This document shows positions 58,038-64,000 of a stretch of DNA of 64,000 nt, piece by piece (position 1 is the first letter of the stretch; each line of letters begins with the position of its first letter). The DNA comes from Candidatus Fermentibacteraceae bacterium (GTDB lineage: Bacteria > Fermentibacterota > Fermentibacteria > Fermentibacterales > JCC-6). The DNA is taken from contig JBGSZS010000005.1 in assembly GCA_041750285.1 (NCBI GenBank), positions 1 through 64,000 on the forward strand, given 5' to 3'. The notes beneath the pieces were generated by a model, which was not told the origin of the DNA, did not search any database, and saw only the letters and a program-made list of their open reading frames with translations. The position numbers and the translations under genes are program-made.

Positions 58038-58785
58038 AACCGCGGCACCCGAATCCACCGCATGCCGGGTGACACTGTCCGACTTCGAAGGTCCGCTCGA
58101 TCTCCTGCTCTTCCTTATCCGCAGGGACGAACTGGACATAACGCTGATACGGGTGTCCGAGGTCGCGGGGCAGTACCTTGCATACATAAGGAATGCCGTC
58201 GAGCTGAACATAGATGTCGCGGGGGAGTACCTGGTGATGGCTGCAACCCTTACCAGGCTGAAAAGCCGTTCCCTTCTGCCTTCACAGAGGGACCAGTCCG
58301 ATGACTCACAGGACCCCGGCAAGGCGCTTCTCAGACAGCTCATACTGTACAGGGCCTTCAGGGAAGCCGCAGCCGAGCTTCGTGACAGCGAGGAGACCTG
58401 GAGGGACGCCTTTCCGCCGGCGGGAGAGCGGGACAGGTTTCATGATGCGCTCAGGGAGGCGGAGCGGGGAGGGGAGAGCGGTTCGATCCTCGAACTTCTT
58501 TCCGCCCTCGAATCCCTGGCCCGCAGGGACGAGCCCGGCCTTCCCCACATGGTCGAAAGACCGGTTCTCTCCATATCCGAGTGCATTGACAGGTTTGCAC
58601 GGGTCCTTCACTCCGAGGGTGTCTGCGAATCATTCATCGGGGTGCTGGGAGAAAAACCTACCAGGCAGCGAGTTGTATCCTTCTTTGTCGCCCTGCTTGA
58701 ACTTGTGAAGCGGGGATGGGTCGTATCAAGACAGGTTGGCCCCTTCGGCGGCATCACACTGGAAAGAACCGGAAGATGGGCATGA
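58027..58785 (+). CDS. scpA: segregation and condensation protein A
   Basis: FEGPLDLLLFLI, EYLVMAATL..LKSR.LLP, FVALLELVK. Confidence 0.93.
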   Translation: MPTETAAPESTACRVTLSDFEGPLDLLLFLIRRDELDITLIRVSEVAGQYLAYIRNAVELNIDVAGEYLVMAATLTRLKSRSLLPSQRDQSDDSQDPGKALLRQLILYRAFREAAAELRDSEETWRDAFPPAGERDRFHDALREAERGGESGSILELLSALESLARRDEPGLPHMVERPVLSISECIDRFARVLHSEGVCESFIGVLGEKPTRQRVVSFFVALLELVKRGWVVSRQVGPFGGITLERTGRWA

Positions 58786-59372
58786 CACTCGACAGGCTGG
58801 CGAGGGAGGTCGAGGCCCTTCTCATGGCCTCCGACCGTCCCCTTTCGATCGAAAGGCTCTGCGAACTGACGGGAGCGGGGCTCGAGGCCGTGGAGCAGGC
58901 CGTGTCACGCGTTGAGGACGCCCTCTCTTCCGGAGGCCATGCGATGGAGATCGCATACATTGCGGGCGGGTACCGCCTGGTCACTGACCCGGCGCTGGGA
59001 ACGGTCGTTTCAAGACTCTTCGAAGGCCGCAGACCCGGAAAGCTGACCCGCGCCGCCCTCGAAACCCTCGCCGTGGTGGCCTACAGCCAGCCCTGCACAC
59101 GCGCGCACGTCGAGGCTGTTCGCGGCGTGAACTGCGACAGCGCAATGAAAACGCTTCTGGAAAGGGATTTCGTGGCCATCTCCGGACGCATGGAAACCCC
59201 TGGGCGGCCACTTCTTTACGGAACGACGCAGTCATTTCTCGAGTATTTCGGATTGGCCAGGCTGGAGCATCTTCCGAGGCTTGACGAGATTGGCAACCTT
59301 CTCGCCCTGGGAGCCGACGACCTGGAAAAGGCGGCACTCGACCTTTCAAAGGACGGCGAAGATGACCACTGA
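58782..59372 (+). CDS. scpB: segregation and condensation protein B
   Basis: EALLMAS, AALETLAVVAYSQP.TR, RGVN, PGRPLLYGTT..FLEYFGL. Confidence 0.94.
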   Translation: MTLDRLAREVEALLMASDRPLSIERLCELTGAGLEAVEQAVSRVEDALSSGGHAMEIAYIAGGYRLVTDPALGTVVSRLFEGRRPGKLTRAALETLAVVAYSQPCTRAHVEAVRGVNCDSAMKTLLERDFVAISGRMETPGRPLLYGTTQSFLEYFGLARLEHLPRLDEIGNLLALGADDLEKAALDLSKDGEDDH

Positions 59373-60090
59373 ACATGAACAGATGCGCCTCAACAGGTTT
59401 CTCGCAAGATCGGGCCGCGGGGCGCGCAGGTCCGTGGAGGAGAGCATCCGCGAAGGCATCGTGACCGTGAACGGCGTTGTGGCCCGGAATCCGGCGACGA
59501 AGGTTTCACCTTCCGACATCGTGAGGTGGGACGGTTCACGGGTTTCCATTCCGCCGGTGTTCGTTGCTGCAATGAACAAACCCGTGGGCATCGAGACCAC
59601 GATGAGCACCGAAGAGCCGAGGGGGGTGCACACCCTGGCGGGGGGCATGCCCGCCGGCACCCTTCCCGTGGGCAGGCTGGACGTCAGGACCGGGGGCCTG
59701 CTTCTCTGGAGCAACGACGGAGACCTCACCTACCGCCTGACCCACCCGAAGTGGAGGGTGGAGAGGGAATACCTTCTGCTCATCCACGGCCCGACCGACC
59801 CCCGGGCCATCGAAAGGCTCCGGAAGGGATCGTTCATAGCCCAGGGGCAGTTCTCGAAGCCGGTGTCGGTTGCCAGGGCGGGCGCCGACTCGCGTCTGAA
59901 GCTTGTTCTCACAACGGGCAGGAACCGCGAGGTAAGGCGGCTCGCAACCATCTGCGGGATAAACCTCACCGGCCTTGAACGGGTGCGTTACGGCACGATC
60001 CACCTGCGCGACATCCCCAGGGGCAAATGGCGCGCCCTTTCCCCGGCCGAGATCGCGGAACTGTATGGGCTGGTTGGGCTCAACGCTTGA
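59362..60090 (+). CDS. rluB: pseudouridine synthase (RluB/RsuA family)
   Basis: S4 domain MRLNRFLA; NKPVG, PVGRLD, LTHP, GRNREVRR. Confidence 0.88.
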   Translation: MTTEHEQMRLNRFLARSGRGARRSVEESIREGIVTVNGVVARNPATKVSPSDIVRWDGSRVSIPPVFVAAMNKPVGIETTMSTEEPRGVHTLAGGMPAGTLPVGRLDVRTGGLLLWSNDGDLTYRLTHPKWRVEREYLLLIHGPTDPRAIERLRKGSFIAQGQFSKPVSVARAGADSRLKLVLTTGRNREVRRLATICGINLTGLERVRYGTIHLRDIPRGKWRALSPAEIAELYGLVGLNA

Positions 60091-60115
60091 CTTTCCCCTG
60101 CCGGACCGAGATATT
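60087..60115 (+). promoter_or_regulatory. candidate sigma70 promoter for cmk-plsC-rpsA
   Basis: TTGACT-N17-GATATT. Confidence 0.5.
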
Positions 60116-60148
60116 TGCGCCACTTTGAACGAGGGGATGTGAAGTTGC

Positions 60149-60802
60149 CTGCATAGGGTCATAGCGATCGACGGGCCTGCCGCCAGCGGAAAAAGCACCA
60201 CCGCCAGGCGCGTAGCCGATCTCCTCGGTTTTTCCTTCCTCAACACCGGATCGATGTACAGGGCTTCGGCCCTTGCCGTCAAACGCGCCGGGCTCTCCCT
60301 TGAAAAGGGTTCCGAGGCCGCCGCACTCCTCAGTTCCCACACATTCGGATTCACGGCGGAGAACGGGATACTCCTCGACGGCGCCGACGTTACCGGCCTG
60401 ATCAACACGGCGGAGATGGGGGAGGCCGCAAGCATCCTCTCCGCCCAGCGGGAAGTAAGGGTGTTCCTGGTCAGGCTTCAGCGGCTGTTCGCCGAGGGAA
60501 GGGACACGGTCGCGGAAGGCCGCGACATGGGCACCGTCGTCTTCCCCGACGCCTTCATGAAGGTGTACGTCGTGGCCGACGCGGCTGTCAGGGCCAGACG
60601 AAGGCTGCGCGACCTCGGCGGCGGCGACATGGGCGAAATGATCAGGCAGGTCATCAGGCGCGACCGCCGCGACCGCTTCAGGGCGGACAGCCCGCTCAGG
60701 GTCGCCCCCGGCGCCTACTGGCTCGACGGCACGCACATGTCCCTGGCCCAGCAGGTGGACGATGTCGTAGCCGAGTACAGAAGGCTGGCGGGTGCTCCAT
60801 GA
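60149..60802 (+). CDS. cmk: cytidylate kinase
   Basis: VIAIDGPAASGKST (from 60158, upstream of the listed ORF), TGSMYR, EGRDMGTVVFPDA, RDRRD; the only plausible start after in-frame TGA 60140 is CTG 60149. Confidence 0.93.
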   Translation: MHRVIAIDGPAASGKSTTARRVADLLGFSFLNTGSMYRASALAVKRAGLSLEKGSEAAALLSSHTFGFTAENGILLDGADVTGLINTAEMGEAASILSAQREVRVFLVRLQRLFAEGRDTVAEGRDMGTVVFPDAFMKVYVVADAAVRARRRLRDLGGGDMGEMIRQVIRRDRRDRFRADSPLRVAPGAYWLDGTHMSLAQQVDDVVAEYRRLAGAP

Positions 60803-61464
60803 GGACGAGGTTCATCCACATCATCCACTGGCTGATACGACTCGTTGCAAGGGTCTTTTTCGGGCTGCGGGAAACCGGCCGCGGGAACATTCCGCGCACC
60901 GGAGCGGTGATCGTCGCCGCGAACCACATATCGGACTGGGACCCCCCGGTTCTTGGCATGGCTTCGAGCCGTGTTCCATTCTACATGGCCAAGTCCGAGC
61001 TCTTCCGGAATCCCCTGGCGGCCTTTCTCCTCAGAAAGCTCGGAGCCTTCCCGGTGAACCGCGACGGGGTGGACACGGCAGCGATACGCACATCACTTTC
61101 AATCCTCGCCCAGGGCAACATCCTCGCGATGTTCCCCGAGGGAACACGGAACCGCAGGGGGCGTCTGGGGAGGGCGAAGCAGGGCATCGCTCTCATCGCC
61201 AGGCGCAGCGGCGCACCAATAGTGCCCGCGTACATAAGCGGAACGATGCGCCCGCTCAGCGGTTTCCAGGTGGCATTCGGGCCTCCCGTCGCCCCCGGCG
61301 AGATAGGAGCGGTTCATGCGAGCGGCGGTTACGCCGCCCTGTCCGACCTCATAATGGAAAGGATTGCCGACACGGGAAGACGCGCCGGCACTTTTACGGG
61401 ATACGATGACCTGATACCTGATTCGGATAAAGAAGCAACAGTGAACGAAAGGGAGCATTCATGA
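60799..61464 (+). CDS. plsC: 1-acyl-sn-glycerol-3-phosphate acyltransferase
   Basis: NHISDWD, MAKSELF, GAFPVNR, FPEGTR. Confidence 0.9.
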   Translation: MRTRFIHIIHWLIRLVARVFFGLRETGRGNIPRTGAVIVAANHISDWDPPVLGMASSRVPFYMAKSELFRNPLAAFLLRKLGAFPVNRDGVDTAAIRTSLSILAQGNILAMFPEGTRNRRGRLGRAKQGIALIARRSGAPIVPAYISGTMRPLSGFQVAFGPPVAPGEIGAVHASGGYAALSDLIMERIADTGRRAGTFTGYDDLIPDSDKEATVNEREHS

Positions 61465-63275
61465 GTGCAAACGCGGAGAAGGAGTTTATCGTAGGCCTCT
61501 CCGAAGAGGACATCGAGGCGATAGAGGGACAGGACTACACAAGGGAGGAACGCAGGATACTCGAGACCCAGTACGACAACACACTGGGCCAGACCGTCCT
61601 GCGCGTGGGCACCATCGTTCCTGGCAAGATCATAGCCGCCAACGACAAGGAAGTCCTTGTCAACATCGGCTACAAGAGCGAGGGCGTCATACCCCGCCAG
61701 GAGTTCCGCAGCGACGATGAGGTCTCCGAGGGCACCAAGGTCGACGTCTTCATCGAGAAGCTCGAGGACGACGACGGCAGGGTCTCGGTGAGCAAGGAAA
61801 AGGCCCATTTCCACAGGGTCTGGAACGACATCAAGGCGGCCTACGACGAGAGCACCGTTCTCAAGGGCACGGTCATCAAGCGGATCAAGGGCGGCCTCAC
61901 GGTGCGCATCATGGGCGTTGACGCGTTCCTTCCCGGCTCCCAGGTAGCCCTCAGGCAGGTTCCGAACCTCGAGAAATTCTGCGGCGAGGAGCTCGACTTC
62001 AGGGTCATCAAGCTCAACAAGAGGCGCCGGAACATCGTCGTCAGCCGCAGGCAGGTCCTCGAGGAAGCCAGAAGCGAACTGAAGGAAACCCTGATCAAGG
62101 ACCTTGACGAGGGTCAGGTGCGCATCGGCATCGTGAAGAACATCACTGATTTCGGCGCGTTCGTCGACCTTGGCGGCATCGACGGCCTTCTTCACATCAC
62201 CGACATGAGCTGGGGCAGGGTGAAGCATCCCTCACAGCTCGTGAGCATCGGAGACGAGATAGAGGTGAAGGTTCTCAAGTTCGACAAGGACAAGGAGAGG
62301 ATCTCACTGGGAACCAAGCAGCTCCAGCCCTTCCCCTGGGAGGGTGTGGCCGAGCGCTACCCGAAGGACGCAGTGGTCAAGGGTGTTGTCGCAAGCATCA
62401 CCGACTACGGGGCGTTCATCGAGCTCGAGCCCGGAGTGGAGGGCCTCATCCACATCAGCGAGATGTCATGGACGAAGCATGTCAGGCATCCGTCCAAGCT
62501 TCTCAACGTGGGTGAGGAGATCGAGGCCCTCGTCCTCAGCGTCAACGAGGAGGAGCGCAAGATCTCCCTCGGCATCAAGCAGACCATGGACAACCCCTGG
62601 GAGAGCATCGAGGAGAGGTATCCCATCGGCTCCCAGATCAGCGGCAGGGTGAGGAACCTCACCAGCTTCGGAGCCTTCGTCGAGATCGAGGACGGCATCG
62701 ACGGCCTCGTGCACATCTCCGACATGAGCTGGACCAAGCGCATCACGCACCCCAGCGAGGTCCTCAACAAGGGCGATGAGCTGGACGTGGTGGTGCTCAG
62801 CATCGACAAGGAGAACCACCGCATAAGCCTCGGGCTCAAGCAGACCAGCGAGAACCCCTGGGACCGCATGAAGGAACAGTTCCCCGAGGGCACCGAGGTC
62901 GAGGGTGAAGTCACCCAGATCCTCGACAGGGGTGTCGTGGTCAACCTCGACCAGGACATCGAGGGTTTCGTACCCCTCAGCCAGCTCGGATGGGATGAGC
63001 TTCAAAGCCCGGACAAGGTCATGCGCGCAGGCGACAGGATCCCCCTCAGGGTCATCGAGGTGGTTCCCAGCAGCCGCAGGATAGTCCTCAGCGTGACCAG
63101 CTACTTCAACGGAAGAAGCCAGGAAGAGCTTCAGGCCTTCAGGGCGGGGTTCGAGGGCCGTCCGCCGCTCGACCCCTCCGAGATCAAACCCCTGAAGACC
63201 GTCGAAGAGACCTTCGGCGACCCCGAGCCTCCCTCCGCTGACGCGGAAGAGGCGGAAGAAGCCGGGGAGGAATAA
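61461..63275 (+). CDS. rpsA: 30S ribosomal protein S1
   Basis: Six S1 repeats (FGAFVDLGGIDGLLHITDMSW, GLIHISEMSW, RISLG). Confidence 0.97.
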   Translation: MSANAEKEFIVGLSEEDIEAIEGQDYTREERRILETQYDNTLGQTVLRVGTIVPGKIIAANDKEVLVNIGYKSEGVIPRQEFRSDDEVSEGTKVDVFIEKLEDDDGRVSVSKEKAHFHRVWNDIKAAYDESTVLKGTVIKRIKGGLTVRIMGVDAFLPGSQVALRQVPNLEKFCGEELDFRVIKLNKRRRNIVVSRRQVLEEARSELKETLIKDLDEGQVRIGIVKNITDFGAFVDLGGIDGLLHITDMSWGRVKHPSQLVSIGDEIEVKVLKFDKDKERISLGTKQLQPFPWEGVAERYPKDAVVKGVVASITDYGAFIELEPGVEGLIHISEMSWTKHVRHPSKLLNVGEEIEALVLSVNEEERKISLGIKQTMDNPWESIEERYPIGSQISGRVRNLTSFGAFVEIEDGIDGLVHISDMSWTKRITHPSEVLNKGDELDVVVLSIDKENHRISLGLKQTSENPWDRMKEQFPEGTEVEGEVTQILDRGVVVNLDQDIEGFVPLSQLGWDELQSPDKVMRAGDRIPLRVIEVVPSSRRIVLSVTSYFNGRSQEELQAFRAGFEGRPPLDPSEIKPLKTVEETFGDPEPPSADAEEAEEAGEE

Positions 63276-64000
63276 GTGGTGAGCGCGGGGAACCGGGCGT
63301 TCCCCGCCGCTTTGCAGGCATGCCACCCGAGGGTGTTCGGATACACCCTCGGGTGTCGTCTTAACTCCTGCGAGACCGATGCCATGGTTGCATCCCTCGC
63401 CAAGGGTCTCGATGGGACCGCCACGGCCTCCCACCGCGACGCCGACATCATCGTCGTCAACACCTGCACGGTGACGGGACGCAGCGCCGCCAGGTGCCGC
63501 AAGGCCGTGAAGGGGTTCCGCCAGAAGAACCCCGACGCCCTTCTCATCGTAACGGGCTGCGCCGCCCAGACCGATCCCGGTCAGTTCCCGGGCATGGACA
63601 ATTGCCTTGTCCTTGGAAACGGCTTCAAGGAAAGCCTTCCCGACATCGTGAAGGGTCTTCCGCCGCAGCATCTGCCGGACGGTGTCATCTTCCCTTCGGA
63701 AACCGCCCGCGGACGAAGGACCAGGGCGTTCCTGAAGGTTCAGGACGGCTGCGACAACCGGTGCACCTACTGCATCGTGCCACTGGCACGTGGCTCATCC
63801 CGAAGCCAGCCCCGTGAGCTCGTCATCAGGCAGGCAAAGGAGATCAGCGCATCGGGCGCCGGGGAAGTCTGCCTTGTCGGTGTGGACCTCGCCGGCTACG
63901 GCAGGGACATCTACGGCAGCAACGGCTACGGCCTTTCGCAACTGGTTCGCGACCTTCTCGGGATCGGCGGCTTCAGGGTCAGGCTGAGCTCTCTGGAACC
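63276..64000 (+). CDS. mtaB: MiaB/MtaB-family methylthiotransferase, 3'-truncated
   Basis: Read manually: TLGCRLN, VVNTCTVT, VTGC, RTRAFLKVQDGCDNRCTYCIVPLARG; runs off the window end. Confidence 0.85.
   Translation, partial: MVSAGNRAFPAALQACHPRVFGYTLGCRLNSCETDAMVASLAKGLDGTATASHRDADIIVVNTCTVTGRSAARCRKAVKGFRQKNPDALLIVTGCAAQTDPGQFPGMDNCLVLGNGFKESLPDIVKGLPPQHLPDGVIFPSETARGRRTRAFLKVQDGCDNRCTYCIVPLARGSSRSQPRELVIRQAKEISASGAGEVCLVGVDLAGYGRDIYGSNGYGLSQLVRDLLGIGGFRVRLSSLE

Noticed and set aside
60137..60142. ATG-TGA in frame with cmk as a sign of UGA recoding or selenocysteine
   Set aside because: TGA is the normal stop throughout the window, the ATG abuts the RBS, and no SECIS-like hairpin was identified.
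61900..62900. Repeated DNA segments in rpsA
   Set aside because: These are ordinary S1-domain repeats, not a CRISPR array or DGR.

Overview
This is a densely packed, GC-rich (about 60-65% by eye) bacterial chromosome segment of mostly housekeeping and diderm envelope genes. It contains polA, uvrC, mutL-miaA, murJ, ddl, nadB, lipA plus a LipM-type ligase, surE, pgi, purN and scpAB-rluB-cmk-plsC-rpsA-mtaB(partial). It also has lipid A/LPS-core genes (gnnA-like, lpxB, a DUF374/LpxJ-WaaA fusion, lpxK, gmhB, GT9 heptosyltransferase), many lipoproteins or outer-membrane hypotheticals, and two tRNAs (Gly-CCC, Leu-TAA). The PorV-like barrel and gene content suggest an FCB-superphylum lineage, possibly Ca. 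Fermentibacterota; this is an inference. I saw no CRISPR array, integrase, transposase or prophage. The first ~780 bp are much lower in GC and change abruptly at tRNA-Gly, so this may be a chimeric or island junction. I cannot demonstrate a complete novel system from sequence alone. The best leads are the LpxJ-WaaA fusion in a gnnA-containing lipid A operon, an orphan ParB-HTH-TPR protein with a degenerate CTP motif, an Era-like protein lacking G3/G4/G5, an uncharacterised secreted protein followed by a long hairpin, a structured intergenic region at 48.4-48.6 kb, and recurring active/degenerate paralog pairs.
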